Made by a program: the position numbers and the translations under genes. DNA of 63,596 bases, filler included, from Candidatus Aminicenantales bacterium (lineage in GTDB: Bacteria; Acidobacteriota; Aminicenantia; Aminicenantales; UBA4085): the NCBI GenBank assembly GCA_049515535.1. It is 4 parts of 4 records of this genome, joined end to end, with 100 filler letters (N's around TTAATTAATTAA, not from the genome) between each part and the next. Parts side by side here need not be neighbours in the genome. Positions count along the whole stretch, not along the records: positions 1 to 26,929 come from JBEKTZ010000018.1; 3 more parts are not named here. The stretch is one strand, 5' to 3'. The notes beneath the pieces are model-generated. The model was not told where the DNA came from. It did not search any database and was given only the letters and a program-made list of their open reading frames with translations. Of this stretch, positions 1 to 10,737 are shown piece after piece (position 1 is the first letter of the stretch; each line of letters starts with the position of its first letter).

Positions 1-103
1 CCCCCTCAGGGGGTCAGCGAAGCGCCGAGGGGGGAGCTTGACTCCCCCCTGGAAGTATCCCGTCTCAAGGAGATATTGGATAAGGAACTTGAGAGACGGG
101 ATA

Positions 104-3100
104 CTAGGTTCGGGCGAATCGGAAACGGACCGTGATTTTCGTCCCCTTTTTTCCCTCGCTCGCGATCTCGATCGATCCCTGATGGTCCTCGATGATTTTT
201 TTGGCGATGGGAAGGCCGAGTCCCGTCCCGACGTCCTTGGTCGAAAAATAAGGTTCGAAAATCCTGTCCAGGATATCCTTTTCGATGCCCGCGCCCGTGT
301 CTTCGATCTCGACGACCAGCAGACCCGGCCGGCCGGCCAGACGCACTCCGATTTCCCCCTTGCCGCGGATGGATTCGATGGCGTTGGTCAGAATGTTGCG
401 CAGGGCGATCTTCAGCTTGGCCCGGTCGCCCTCGAACCGGAAATCAGCGCCTTCGAACGCCACCCGGATTTGGATCCGTTCCGCCAACAGCTTTCGGTAG
501 GGATCGACCGTTTCCCGGACGAGGTCGTCGAAGCCGAACGGCTCTCTCCGAATGACGGCCTCTCTTGAGATCTCCAGGAATTCCTGGGCGATCCGGCGGA
601 GATTTTCGACTTCGCTGTTGATGTAGGAAATGGACTCCTTGAGCGCGACACCGAAGTCGCTCCCCTTGTCTTCATAGACACGCAGAAGGTGTTCGGCCGA
701 AAGCTGGATCGGCGTCAACGGGTTCTTGATCTCGTGGGCGACCTTGCGGGCCATCTCGGCCCAGGCGGCCTTTTTCCCCAGGTCCGCCAATTCCTGCTGA
801 TGGTCTTTGAGGTTGGCGATCATCGCGTTGAAGCCGTCGATCAGCGTTTTCATTTCGTCCCGCGATTTATATTCGATGGCGAAATCCAGGTTGCCGAGGC
901 TGGCTTCTTTCGTTCCGGCGAGTAGCTTATGGATGGGGTTGACGATCATGGCCCCGATGCCGCGCGCGAGGACGATGACCGTGGCGACGAAAAAGATTGA
1001 AATGAAAAGGAAAAATTCGACGAGCTCCTGGGTGGCGCCGGAGATCTCCTCTTGTTCGAAAGGAAAGGGAAGCGAGATCATGAGACGGGGACCGAGCGAT
1101 GCGTAAGGGACGGTCAGGGTCTGGAACGAGAAATTGCCGATGTTCCGTTTCTGCGTGTAAAAGGGATTGTTTTCGAACTGGAGCTTGTAATAGATCTCGC
1201 CGTCGATCAGCTCCGGAAAGAGGCCCTGATCGAAAAATTCGCTCCGGCTCGATGAGACGAGCCGTCCTTCCCGGTACAGGTTGACGTCGTTCGCGATCGC
1301 CGTGCTGATCCAGAGCATGAGGTCTTCGGGAGGCGTTTGGGCCTCGACTTTGTCCTGGCGCTGGATGTAGTAAATATAATCGTCCATCACGTTGCGGGCC
1401 ATACTGGCGTGAATTTCCGCTTTTTCGATGAATTGCTGGGTGAAGATGCGGGTGAAAAAGCTCCGGGAGAAAAACGTGAACAGAAAGAGCGGGACGAACG
1501 ACACCGCGATGAACGAGATATAGACGCGATTGGCGAATGACCAGAGAGGATGCTGGCCTTTCTTCCGGGCATGGATGAGATAAACGAGAGTGATCGGCGC
1601 CAGGAGAATCGCGACGTACAGGAAGAGAAGCTTGAAGAAATCGATGGCCTTTTGAACGAAACCCTTTTCCGGAGAGAAGAGGGCGTAGATGCGGTTTCCC
1701 GAAGGAAACGCATAGAGGCGGAACGCGCGGCCCTTGTCCGTAAACGTCGTCCAGCGGCCGCCGTCGTCGAGCGGGGAGGACAGCAGCTCGGGGGGCAGCC
1801 CCGTCGAGAGGTTGTTCGGATTGAACAGAAGTTTTCCTCTCGGATCGAAGACGGCCATCCGGATGTCGAAGGCGTTGAGCGATTGCAGCGAGTTGACGCG
1901 GAGAAGCTCGAAATAGGGGTTGGCGGAATAAAGGAACGGCAGCATGTCGTAATCGAGCGACAAATAGAAGACCGTCCGGCCGCGCTCCACGCCGTTCTCT
2001 ATCCAGTCTTTGAAGCCGAGAAGAAAGTCCTTTTCTTTGCCCATGAACGGAAGCGTCAGACGCTCGACCGTCCAATCCGGATGGGGCGAGGGGTCAATGG
2101 CGGCCCGAAAGATCTTGGGGACGTTCAACGAAAAACGGGAAAGCGTCGCCCCTTCCGCGTTCAGGATTTCCAGGCTCGAATACCAGTTGAACTTGGCCGC
2201 GAGCGTCTGCTTCCAGATGGCATGGGTCGGCTCCGGGACGCGTTCCGGGTTTTTCAAATAGGCGAGGAGGTCATGCTGTTGCTTGTCCAATTCCTGGAAG
2301 GATCGGTCGAGGATGAAGCGGGCCCAATCTTCTTGCGAGAGGATCGTGTTTTTCAAGAAGTTTTCGGTGAGGGAGCGCCCTCGCTCGGAAACGGCTTGAT
2401 GAAGGGTCCCATGGACGAAGAAGACGAGGGCCAAGGCCGTCGCCCATAGAAAAAATCGGCGAGTGGACTGGGGCCACGCTTGGGGAACGATTCCAGCCGG
2501 GCTTTTGAGGAGAGCGAAAATGAAGAGAACACATCCGGCGAGGCATAAGACGATGCTGATGTGGAGAACGAAAAATGTCCCCGAGAAGTCGAACTTGAGC
2601 AAATTCAGGCTGGCATTGAGGGCCAGGCGCGAAACGAGATTTTGAATTCCGAAAACGAGGGCGATGGAAAGGGATAAAACGAGGATCCGAACGGCCAAGA
2701 TGAAGCCAAAGGCCTTGGGAGGAACGATTTTACGTGCGTAGAACGAGAAAACAATGAACACGGCGAGCCAAGCGAGCGAGGTGAGAAAAATATCGCCCGG
2801 CGATTTGGTCAAGTTCCCCAGGGTGAAAAAACCGGCCGATGTCGGCGAGAAAAGCGGCATGGTCTGGATCGGTTCGAGCCGACTGATCGGAAAAAAGAGA
2901 AAGCGGAGCCCGGCGATGGCGGCCAGGATGGCCAGCCCGGGTCCGAGTTTTTGCTCCCGGCGAAAAGACGGCTGATGGAAAAGGAGGATCAATGCGCAAA
3001 CCAGGGCAAGGGCGAAAAAGACGCAGAAGCCTGAAAGGAAAAATTCTTTTTTAGACGACAAGGATGCCGCCAGGGTCAGAGAACGGAGCGAAACCGTCGC

Positions 3101-3910
3101 GAGGATCTGGTTGCGTTCGTTACGAAAGGGAAAAAAGAGCGACAGGACGTCTCCCTGCAGGCGAGGCTGGCCGATGTACTCGTCCTGATGGCGGGCGAGG
3201 TTTTTGTCGACCATGGAGACATCGTCCCGGAAATCCCAGTACTCGATGGAGCAATTCTTTCTCAGGCGGGGGCTGATGAAATGATAGTTATCGAGATACG
3301 GCGATTTGAACTCGGGAATGAAGGCCAGAAGGCGATAGAGGACGAGAAGAGTCTGGTCGTTCACCCAGTGAAGAGACACGAGATAAGATGACGCTTTGTA
3401 CTTGATGAGCAGCGTCTGTCCGAACTCCTGGAGAACGGAATCCGAAATTCCCCCGGGGACCGCCGCCTCCAAGTTTACGACATTGCCCAGCCAGAGCGTC
3501 AAACGTCCATCTCCGGTGTATGCGGCGATGCCCTCGACCTCCGGATCGAGGCCGAGGCCTTTGAACAGCTTGAACCGGGTTTCCGTCGTCTCCGGCCAGG
3601 ACTGTCCGGCCGCCCGGCGAAGCTTCTGGCTCTGATCTTTAAGGACGTCCGCGAATTCTTTTTTGATGGACTGAGCTTGGTCCCTGAGGGTGCCGAGGCT
3701 TTTGCCGTAATAATCGGCGGTCATGCGGCCGGGGAGAATAAAGGACAAAGCCAGCATCATGAGGGCCAATCCGGCCGCGCCGGCCAAAAACAGGGGCCAG
3801 ATCCCGTTTTTTCGGCGGCCGGGGCCCCGGGCTTTGCCTGGGGGTCCATTTCCGCCGTACTCGCCCGTCGATATAAGACGCGGGCGAGTATGGAGGATAC
3901 GGAAGGTCAT
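104..3910 (-). CDS. Large multi-TM sensor histidine kinase (NtrY-like; HAMP-HisKA-HATPase_c)
   Basis: 1268 aa ORF with many hydrophobic segments and a C-terminal H-box WAEMARKVAHEIKNPLTPIQL, N-box NILTNAIES, and G boxes DTGAGI and FSTKDVGTGLGL. Confidence 0.9.
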   Translation of the reverse strand: MTFRILHTRPRLISTGEYGGNGPPGKARGPGRRKNGIWPLFLAGAAGLALMMLALSFILPGRMTADYYGKSLGTLRDQAQSIKKEFADVLKDQSQKLRRAAGQSWPETTETRFKLFKGLGLDPEVEGIAAYTGDGRLTLWLGNVVNLEAAVPGGISDSVLQEFGQTLLIKYKASSYLVSLHWVNDQTLLVLYRLLAFIPEFKSPYLDNYHFISPRLRKNCSIEYWDFRDDVSMVDKNLARHQDEYIGQPRLQGDVLSLFFPFRNERNQILATVSLRSLTLAASLSSKKEFFLSGFCVFFALALVCALILLFHQPSFRREQKLGPGLAILAAIAGLRFLFFPISRLEPIQTMPLFSPTSAGFFTLGNLTKSPGDIFLTSLAWLAVFIVFSFYARKIVPPKAFGFILAVRILVLSLSIALVFGIQNLVSRLALNASLNLLKFDFSGTFFVLHISIVLCLAGCVLFIFALLKSPAGIVPQAWPQSTRRFFLWATALALVFFVHGTLHQAVSERGRSLTENFLKNTILSQEDWARFILDRSFQELDKQQHDLLAYLKNPERVPEPTHAIWKQTLAAKFNWYSSLEILNAEGATLSRFSLNVPKIFRAAIDPSPHPDWTVERLTLPFMGKEKDFLLGFKDWIENGVERGRTVFYLSLDYDMLPFLYSANPYFELLRVNSLQSLNAFDIRMAVFDPRGKLLFNPNNLSTGLPPELLSSPLDDGGRWTTFTDKGRAFRLYAFPSGNRIYALFSPEKGFVQKAIDFFKLLFLYVAILLAPITLVYLIHARKKGQHPLWSFANRVYISFIAVSFVPLFLFTFFSRSFFTRIFTQQFIEKAEIHASMARNVMDDYIYYIQRQDKVEAQTPPEDLMLWISTAIANDVNLYREGRLVSSSRSEFFDQGLFPELIDGEIYYKLQFENNPFYTQKRNIGNFSFQTLTVPYASLGPRLMISLPFPFEQEEISGATQELVEFFLFISIFFVATVIVLARGIGAMIVNPIHKLLAGTKEASLGNLDFAIEYKSRDEMKTLIDGFNAMIANLKDHQQELADLGKKAAWAEMARKVAHEIKNPLTPIQLSAEHLLRVYEDKGSDFGVALKESISYINSEVENLRRIAQEFLEISREAVIRREPFGFDDLVRETVDPYRKLLAERIQIRVAFEGADFRFEGDRAKLKIALRNILTNAIESIRGKGEIGVRLAGRPGLLVVEIEDTGAGIEKDILDRIFEPYFSTKDVGTGLGLPIAKKIIEDHQGSIEIASEGKKGTKITVRFRFART

Positions 3911-4335
3911 AATTTTTCAGCCTTGATTTCAGTGATCTTCCAGAAATCTCCGGCCCGCGACGCTCCCGGCGACCTCCGGATATAAAAAAAGATCAGGAAC
4001 ACGAATTGACTTTTATTCTTGTTCAGAAACGACCAGCGGGCCTTGAAAATAAAATGGTCCTTATCGGGCGAGCTTTGACCGTTCGACTCCGGGAAGAACT
4101 CAAAGGTCGTATAGGTCGAAAAGATATTCTGGAACAGAAAGAAAGATTGCTCGCGGGTGAGCTGATCCGAAAAGGATATGGGTTCCGGCAGCGAGATATT
4201 GATCGGCTGTTCCGCGGAAAAGAGCGGATAGAAGAGCCGGGGATTATTCTGAAGAAACGCTTTCTCGATATTCTCCGTTAAGGACGAACTCAAGGACAGA
4301 AAAAGAGAAAGGAGAACAAGTCCAAGCTGGGACAC
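3907..4335 (-). CDS. Hypothetical secreted protein
   Basis: 142 aa ORF with signal-like N-terminus; stop overlaps the kinase start by 4 bp (ATGA). Confidence 0.65.
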   Translation of the reverse strand: MSQLGLVLLSLFLSLSSSLTENIEKAFLQNNPRLFYPLFSAEQPINISLPEPISFSDQLTREQSFFLFQNIFSTYTTFEFFPESNGQSSPDKDHFIFKARWSFLNKNKSQFVFLIFFYIRRSPGASRAGDFWKITEIKAEKL

Positions 4336-4355
4336 TCAACATCCGAAGGAAGAGA

Positions 4356-4583
4356 TCAGGCTTTGTGTTCCTTGGTTTCCTCTTCGAGCTTCTTGGTTCG
4401 CGCCGCGTCCTTGATGCTGCTGATGCCCGCGATCAGGGCAATCAGGCCTCCGAAAAAAAGAACGGGGGGGATGAAACCGAGGACCACGCCTTTAAAAAAG
4501 TGCCACCAGAATTTCGGCAGGGCGAGGACGATTCCTCCGATCATTGCGATTAAACCGGCGATGATGGCTAGATACTTGCCCAT
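4356..4583 (-). CDS. Small 2-TM membrane protein
   Basis: 75 aa, two hydrophobic helices, GGAGG RBS upstream. Confidence 0.7.
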   Translation of the reverse strand: MGKYLAIIAGLIAMIGGIVLALPKFWWHFFKGVVLGFIPPVLFFGGLIALIAGISSIKDAARTKKLEEETKEHKA

Positions 4584-4724
4584 GAATGACCTCCCTTCCA
4601 GGTTTATTCTTTTACGCTCACTATTATAACAAAACGGACTTTGGGAAGCAAGCGCCGCTCGTCAACGACCCTCCGATTGCGTTACAATGGTCCGCGTCAC
4701 AATGTCCCTTGAAAAGAGGAGAAC

Positions 4725-5789
4725 GTGATGCGATCCCCACTTATTCGGAGAACGATGGTTTTGGCCCTGGCCGTTTTCGGCCTCTGCGCGGCCCTCGCGG
4801 CGGCGGAGGACGTGATGACGTTCGGGCCCCTCGCCGTGAAGCCGGGCGAAGTCCGTTCCGGATTTCTTCCGGTTCCCGAGAAAGACGGTTTCGGAACGGC
4901 CATTCCGCTGACCGTCATCCGCGGCGCGAAAAAGGGGAAGACCCTCGCCCTCGTGGCCGGCGTCCACGGTTCCGAGTATCCTCCCGTGCTCGCCCTCTAC
5001 CGGCTGAAGGACATGGTCGATCCCAAGACCCTGTCCGGGACTCTTGCCCTCGTCCATATCGCCAATCCGCCGTCGTTCAAAAAACGGACCATTTATTTCA
5101 CTCCCCCCGATGGAAAAAATTTGAACCGCGTCTTCCCCGGAGACCCGAACGGAACGTTGAGCCAGAGAATGGCCTATGTGCTGACCGAAGAGATCGTCAA
5201 GAAATGCGATGCGCTCGTCGACATGCACTGCGGCGATGCGAACGAGGCCCTCATGCCGTATGCCTATTGGATGATCAGCCCGCGCGAGGACCTCAATGCC
5301 CAGACCAGGGAGATGGCCCTGGCCTTCGGCTTAAAGCACATCATCATCGACACGACGCGAGGCCCGGATCCGACCGACTCCAAGTATCTCGGCAACACGG
5401 CCCTGACGCGGGGCAAGCCGGCGATCACGACCGAGGCCGGACTCCTGGGCCGGACGGATGAGGAATCGATCGTCCGGAACGTCCGGGGCGCCCAGAACGT
5501 CATGAGACTGTTCAAGATGATCGACGGGAAACCTTCGGTCCTTGCCGATCCGGTCTGGATCGACAAATACGAAGTCGTCAATTCAAATTTCGACGGGATT
5601 TTCAGCCCCATGGTCGAGATGAGCGCGATGGTCGCGGCGGGCCAGACGGTCGGAGTCGTGAAGGATTATCTGGGGGCGATCAAAGAAGAGGTCAAAGCGC
5701 CCTTTGCCGGCCTTATCCTGTACATCCTCGGCACCCCGCCCGCAAACAAAGGCGAGCCGCTGCTCGAGGTCGGACGGATCAAGAGATGA
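4725..5789 (+). CDS. M14-family succinylglutamate desuccinylase/aspartoacylase-like protein, secreted
   Basis: AGVHGSEY, NLNRVFPG and DMHCG motifs; signal peptide. Confidence 0.88.
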   Translation: MMRSPLIRRTMVLALAVFGLCAALAAAEDVMTFGPLAVKPGEVRSGFLPVPEKDGFGTAIPLTVIRGAKKGKTLALVAGVHGSEYPPVLALYRLKDMVDPKTLSGTLALVHIANPPSFKKRTIYFTPPDGKNLNRVFPGDPNGTLSQRMAYVLTEEIVKKCDALVDMHCGDANEALMPYAYWMISPREDLNAQTREMALAFGLKHIIIDTTRGPDPTDSKYLGNTALTRGKPAITTEAGLLGRTDEESIVRNVRGAQNVMRLFKMIDGKPSVLADPVWIDKYEVVNSNFDGIFSPMVEMSAMVAAGQTVGVVKDYLGAIKEEVKAPFAGLILYILGTPPANKGEPLLEVGRIKR

Positions 5790-5825
5790 TCTCGATCTCC
5801 TGAGAGTCCGGGGCGTCTTCTTCGA

Positions 5826-7514
5826 TCAGAGCCCCGTCCGGGATTTCTGGTAGACGATCTTTCCGCCCAGGACTGTGGCCAGCGCTTCCGTCGTCAGGAT
5901 TTCTTTCGGGTCGATCTTGAAAATATCTTTGGACAGGACCGTCATGTCGGCCAGTTTTCCGGGTTCGAGCGAACCTTTGGAGTTTTCCTCGAACGAGGCG
6001 TAGGCCGAACCGAGCGTGTAGAGCCGGACGGCCTCGACCATGGACAGTCTTTGGTCCGGGAACCAGCCGCCCTCGGGGTAGTCGAATTCGATGTTTTTGC
6101 GCGTCACGGCCGAATACAGTCCGCGCATCGGATCGAGCGGCTCGACGGGCCAGTCCGTGCCGAAGGCGATCTGAGCGCCGCTATTGAGCAGCGTTCTCCA
6201 TATGTAAGCGTTCTTGGACCGTTCCAGCCCCACGCGGGCTTCGCAGAAACGCATGTCCGTCGTGCAGTGCGTGGGCTGCATCGAGGCGATCACGCCCAGC
6301 TCCTTGAAGCGCTTGACGTCTTCCGGGATGATGATCTGGGCGTGCTCGATCCTGTGGCGCAGGTCTTTTTTCCCGAATTTCTTCTCGGCCCTTTCGATCG
6401 CGTTCAAAACCCAGTTGACTCCCTTGTCGCCGATGGCGTGCGTTCCTGTCTGATAGCCGTTCCGGTGGGCCTTTTCGATGAGCGCGTAGTAATCCTCCTC
6501 CTTGTACTGAGGCAGGCCGATTTTCAGCGGGTCGTCGGCGAACGGCGCGAACATGAGCGCCGTGCCTGAGCCGAGCGTCCCGTCGATGTAAGCCTTTTGG
6601 AAGCCGACCTTGACCATATCGTCTCCCTGACCCTGCTTGATCCCGAGCCGGATATATTCATCGAGCTGATCGATGGGGAGCCAGGCATAGACGCGAAGGG
6701 TCAGTTTGCCGTCGGCGTTAAGCTGCCTGAAAATCTCCAATTCCTGGAGGCTGGCCGACGTTTGGATGCCGGTGAGGCCGAGCTTGGCCGCGTGTTGCAG
6801 CCCGCGTTCGATGTCTTCTCTGAGCGAGGACTGCCGGATCGAGCGCTTGACTTTCAATAGTCCTGTGGCGGCTTCCTTCAGGATGCCTGTCGGCTCGCCG
6901 GTCGCGGGGTCTTTGGCAATTTCACCGCCGAACGGGTCTTTGGTGTCCTTGGTGATTCCGGACTGTCGCAGCGCCTCGCTGTTGATCCAGACCGAATGCC
7001 CGTCCACTCGGTGGATAACGACCGCGTTGGCCGGGGCGATCTTGTCCAAATCCTCTCGGCTCGGCCATTTTTGCCCGGGAAAAAGAGTGTGGTCATATTC
7101 GCTGCCGTTGACCGTCTCTCCCGGAGGGAGTTCCCTGATCTTGGCCGCGACCATCTCCTGGATTTTCTCGATCGACGAAACGCCGCGGAAGGTCAAGGAA
7201 GCCAGCGATCGCCCGCCGCTCGCGAAGTGAAGATGGGCGTCGATTAGCCCCGGGATGACGAGCTTCCCTTTGACGTCCAGAACGCTGGTCGTTGGGGTGA
7301 TGAATTTTCTGATCTCGCCGTTCGTGCCCACGGCGAGGATCCTTCCGTCCTTGATGGCGACGGCCTCGGCCAGTGGCTTTTTCGCGTCGAACGTGACGAC
7401 GTTGCCGTTGACGAGGACCTGGTCGGCCGTCGGCTGCGGCTGCTGCGCTCCGATAAAAAGCGCCGAGCCTATCCCTAAAACAAAAAACAAAGCGACGATG
7501 ATTCTTTTGCTCAT
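5826..7514 (-). CDS. Amidohydrolase 3 (YtcJ-like), secreted
   Basis: PGLIDAHLH, HAIGD, RHRIEHAQ and FGTDWPV motifs. Confidence 0.92.
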   Translation of the reverse strand: MSKRIIVALFFVLGIGSALFIGAQQPQPTADQVLVNGNVVTFDAKKPLAEAVAIKDGRILAVGTNGEIRKFITPTTSVLDVKGKLVIPGLIDAHLHFASGGRSLASLTFRGVSSIEKIQEMVAAKIRELPPGETVNGSEYDHTLFPGQKWPSREDLDKIAPANAVVIHRVDGHSVWINSEALRQSGITKDTKDPFGGEIAKDPATGEPTGILKEAATGLLKVKRSIRQSSLREDIERGLQHAAKLGLTGIQTSASLQELEIFRQLNADGKLTLRVYAWLPIDQLDEYIRLGIKQGQGDDMVKVGFQKAYIDGTLGSGTALMFAPFADDPLKIGLPQYKEEDYYALIEKAHRNGYQTGTHAIGDKGVNWVLNAIERAEKKFGKKDLRHRIEHAQIIIPEDVKRFKELGVIASMQPTHCTTDMRFCEARVGLERSKNAYIWRTLLNSGAQIAFGTDWPVEPLDPMRGLYSAVTRKNIEFDYPEGGWFPDQRLSMVEAVRLYTLGSAYASFEENSKGSLEPGKLADMTVLSKDIFKIDPKEILTTEALATVLGGKIVYQKSRTGL

Positions 7515-7539
7515 GGTGGCTCTATTTTAAAAGAATAAT

Positions 7540-7630
7540 GGGGTCGCGTCTACACTTTTCACTTTTTTCTCGGATCTATTTTTATTCATTGCCTTGCCGC
7601 AGGAAAAGTGAAAAGTGTAGACGCGACCCC
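7540..7630. repeat. Perfect 27-bp inverted repeat (REP doublet/REPIN-like)
   Basis: GGGGTCGCGTCTACACTTTTCACTTTT at 7540-7566 and its reverse complement at 7604-7630, between divergent genes. Confidence 0.8.
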
Positions 7631-7708
7631 GGTCTTGTTTTTCTTGCTTGATTTGCCGGGTCTTATCAACGAAAATGGGATTTCTCTGGAAGCTCCAGGA
7701 GACAAATC

Positions 7709-8845
7709 ATGGAAAAACTGTTGTTGATTCCCGGACCGAGTCCCGTCGTTCCGAGGATCCTGCGAAGCCTGGCCGAGCCGACCGTGTCTCATGTCAGCCC
7801 GGAAATGGCATCGGACTTGAGCGCGGCGCTGGGGAACTTGAAAAGGATCGTCTTCGGCGAGAACGCCGAACCGTTCATCATCGCCGGCGCCGGGACGCTG
7901 GCCATGGAAATCGCCCTGCTCAATGTCGTTTCGAAAACGGATCGGGTTCTGATTCTGTCCCAGGGATTTTTCGGCGACCGGATGGGCCAAATCTGCGAGA
8001 GCTTCGGAGTCGCTCATGACCTGATCCGGAGCCGGTGGGGGAGAGCCGTGCTTCCCGGGGAGCTGGCCGCGAAGATCGCCGAAAAAAAATACGACGTCGT
8101 TTTTTCGACCCATGTCGATACGGCGACGGGAGCTTGCGCGCCGATCGCGGAATACGGCCGGATTCTCAAGGACACGGGCATTCTTTATGTCGTGGACGGC
8201 GTCTGTGCCACGGGCGGCATCGAAGAGCGGCTGGACGATTGGAGCATCGACGTCATTTTCACGGCCGCACAAAAATGTTTCGGCGCTCCGCCGGGGCTGG
8301 CGATCCTCGTGTTTTCGGAACGGGCCATGGCCAAGAGAAAAAGCCTTCCTTCGATCCCGGCCTATTATTCGGACATCCTGCGCTGGCTGCCGGTCATGAA
8401 AGATCCGCTGAAATATTTCTCGACGCCCTGCGTCAACGAGATCCGGTCTTTTTGCGAGGCCACCAAAATCATGCTCGAAGAAGGCCTGCCGGCGCGTTTC
8501 GCGAGGCATCGGAAGACCGCGCGCGCGTTTCGGGACGCTCTATCCGCGCTCGGGTTTTCGTTTTTCACCGAAGAGCCGTTCCGCGCGGATACGCTTTCCG
8601 TCGTCCAATACCCGGCCGGCATCGATGATCAAGCGTTCCGGGTCGCCCTCAGCCGGAACGGAGTCGTCGTCGCCGGGGGGCTCGGAGAAACGGCGGGCAA
8701 GGTTTTCCGGATGGGCCACATGGGCAACTTGACCTCCGCCCAGATCATCTTCGCCTTGGAAGCCATGGAAATAACGCTCGGTTCGTTGAAATACGAATTC
8801 CCTCAGGGCGCCGGCATCCGGGCCGCCCAAAAAATTTTGTTTTGA
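7709..8845 (+). CDS. Class V PLP aminotransferase (alanine-glyoxylate/serine-pyruvate type)
   Basis: LLIPGP, HVDTATG, AAQKCFGAPPG and FRMGHMG motifs. Confidence 0.9.
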   Translation: MEKLLLIPGPSPVVPRILRSLAEPTVSHVSPEMASDLSAALGNLKRIVFGENAEPFIIAGAGTLAMEIALLNVVSKTDRVLILSQGFFGDRMGQICESFGVAHDLIRSRWGRAVLPGELAAKIAEKKYDVVFSTHVDTATGACAPIAEYGRILKDTGILYVVDGVCATGGIEERLDDWSIDVIFTAAQKCFGAPPGLAILVFSERAMAKRKSLPSIPAYYSDILRWLPVMKDPLKYFSTPCVNEIRSFCEATKIMLEEGLPARFARHRKTARAFRDALSALGFSFFTEEPFRADTLSVVQYPAGIDDQAFRVALSRNGVVVAGGLGETAGKVFRMGHMGNLTSAQIIFALEAMEITLGSLKYEFPQGAGIRAAQKILF

Positions 8846-8846
8846 C

Positions 8847-9920
8847 ATGAAAAGCGAAGTTTTTTTTATCGAGGCCAAGGCCGAGGAAGGGCCGGAGGTC
8901 ATTTCCCGCAAGGCTCAGCACGCCTTCCTCCGCCTCGGCTTTCATGATCTTCTCGAAAAAGAAGATTTCGTGGCCCTCAAGATCCATTTCGGCGAAAAGA
9001 ACAACACCGGGTACATCCAGCCGGCCTGGCTCCGCGGCATCATCGGCGAGATCCGGAAGAAAACGCCGCGCGCGTACCTGACGGATTCCAACACGTTGTA
9101 CGTGGGCTACCGGTCGAATTCCGTGGATCACATCCGCCTCGCCTGGAGCCACGGCTTCACCCCGGATGTCGTCGATATCCCGGTCATCATCGCCGACGGT
9201 CTGATCGGCCGGGACAAACATGAATCCCTTGGAACCCACGGCCGTATCGAAGCGGCGAAGATCAGCAGCGCGTTTTTGAACACAGACGCTTTCTTGGGCC
9301 TGACCCACGTCACGGGACACGTTCAGACCGGCATCGGCGCCGCCCTCAAGAATTTGGGCATGGGTTGCGCTTCCAGAGCGGGAAAACTCGACCAGCATTC
9401 CGTGGCCCATCCGCGGGTCACGGCCAAAGCCTGCCGCAATTGCGGCCTCTGCTTCGATTATTGTTCCGCGGGGGCCATCATCCAGGCCGAGGGACACGTC
9501 CTCATCGACGATAAAAAATGCATCGGCTGCGGGGAGTGTCTCGTCGTCTGCAAGTTCGGAGCGATCAAGCTGCGCTGGGACGAGGATTTCCAGCGCATCC
9601 AGGAAAAGATCGCCGAATACGCGTTTTATGTTCGGCGGATCTTCCGGGAGAAAATCGGTTTCCTGAATTTCCTCATTAAAATCACCAAGGATTGTGATTG
9701 CATGGCCCAGGACCAGGCCCGGATCGTCGAAGACATCGGCATCCTGGCCTCCAAGGATCCCGTCGCCATCGATAAGGCCTCGGCCGATCTCGTTCTCGGC
9801 CGGAGCGGAGGCCGGGATGTGTTCCGGGCCGGATACGACATCGACTGGTCCGGCCAACTCCGACACGGCGTCAAGATCGGGCTTGGTTCGATGGATTATA
9901 AATTGATCGAGCTGTCTTGA
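8847..9920 (+). CDS. DUF362 domain Fe-S protein with two 4Fe-4S motifs
   Basis: KIHFGE motif; CRNCGLC..C and CIGCGEC..C; DCDC. Confidence 0.88.
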   Translation: MKSEVFFIEAKAEEGPEVISRKAQHAFLRLGFHDLLEKEDFVALKIHFGEKNNTGYIQPAWLRGIIGEIRKKTPRAYLTDSNTLYVGYRSNSVDHIRLAWSHGFTPDVVDIPVIIADGLIGRDKHESLGTHGRIEAAKISSAFLNTDAFLGLTHVTGHVQTGIGAALKNLGMGCASRAGKLDQHSVAHPRVTAKACRNCGLCFDYCSAGAIIQAEGHVLIDDKKCIGCGECLVVCKFGAIKLRWDEDFQRIQEKIAEYAFYVRRIFREKIGFLNFLIKITKDCDCMAQDQARIVEDIGILASKDPVAIDKASADLVLGRSGGRDVFRAGYDIDWSGQLRHGVKIGLGSMDYKLIELS

Positions 9921-10657
9921 TGAAGGATTTCTTTCCCGGACCTCGGCCGCTGCGCCTCGATCACCTGGCGCTTCCCCCGGCCTGGCGGCTTCTCGTCCTG
10001 GCTCCCCACCCCGACGATTTCGAGGCCATGGGCGTGTCCTTGCGCTATCTCCGGGATCGCGGCCATGTCATTCATCTCCTCGTTCTCAGCTCCAGCGCTA
10101 ACGGCGTCGAGGATTCGTTCTGCCGGCCGCCGACGCCGGAAGCGAAAGCTTCCCTTCGCGAGGACGAACAGCGGGCCGGCTGCCGGTTTTTCGGCCTGCC
10201 CGAATCCCGTCTCGAATTTTTGAGGCTTCCCGTCGATTCGCCCGGCGGATTCATGATCGACGTTCCGGACAGCTTTGAGGGCGTCAAGAAACGCGCGGAA
10301 TGCTCCCGCCCCGACCTCTTTTTTCTTCCCTGCGGCAACGACACCAACAACGATCACAAGCTGACGTACCTTTGGTGGCGACGGCTGGCCGAAACTTGGC
10401 CGAAACCGGCGGCGGCTTTTCTCGTCCGCGATCCCAAGACGATCGAGATGCGGGATGATATCTATATGCCCTTCGATGAGGATGCGGCCCGCTGGAAGGC
10501 CGAGCTTTTGCGGTTCCACAAATCCCAGCAGCAGCGCAATCTGAACGTCCGGGGGCACGGATTCGATGAGCGGATCTTGAAGGTCAACCGGGACAACGCA
10601 TTCCGGTTGCGCATCACGGAACCGTACGCGGAAAGCTTCGCCCTGGAATTCCGTTAA
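9917..10657 (+). CDS. PIG-L family deacetylase
   Basis: LAPHPDD motif, R..EQ and D..NDH. Confidence 0.8.
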   Translation: MMKDFFPGPRPLRLDHLALPPAWRLLVLAPHPDDFEAMGVSLRYLRDRGHVIHLLVLSSSANGVEDSFCRPPTPEAKASLREDEQRAGCRFFGLPESRLEFLRLPVDSPGGFMIDVPDSFEGVKKRAECSRPDLFFLPCGNDTNNDHKLTYLWWRRLAETWPKPAAAFLVRDPKTIEMRDDIYMPFDEDAARWKAELLRFHKSQQQRNLNVRGHGFDERILKVNRDNAFRLRITEPYAESFALEFR

Positions 10658-10737
10658 ACGGTCGTCCTTCCATTGAAAAGATTGCGCGGAGGAGCGTCCT
10701 CTTTTTTTTCGCGGGAATTTGTCCAAGTCTTATCGCT

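Noticed and set aside
927..2449. Long alternative-frame and antisense ORFs over GC-rich genes (here and throughout, e.g. 14337-15551, 56003-57124)
   Set aside because: Shadow ORFs of high-GC coding sequence with no motifs, overlapping well-supported genes.
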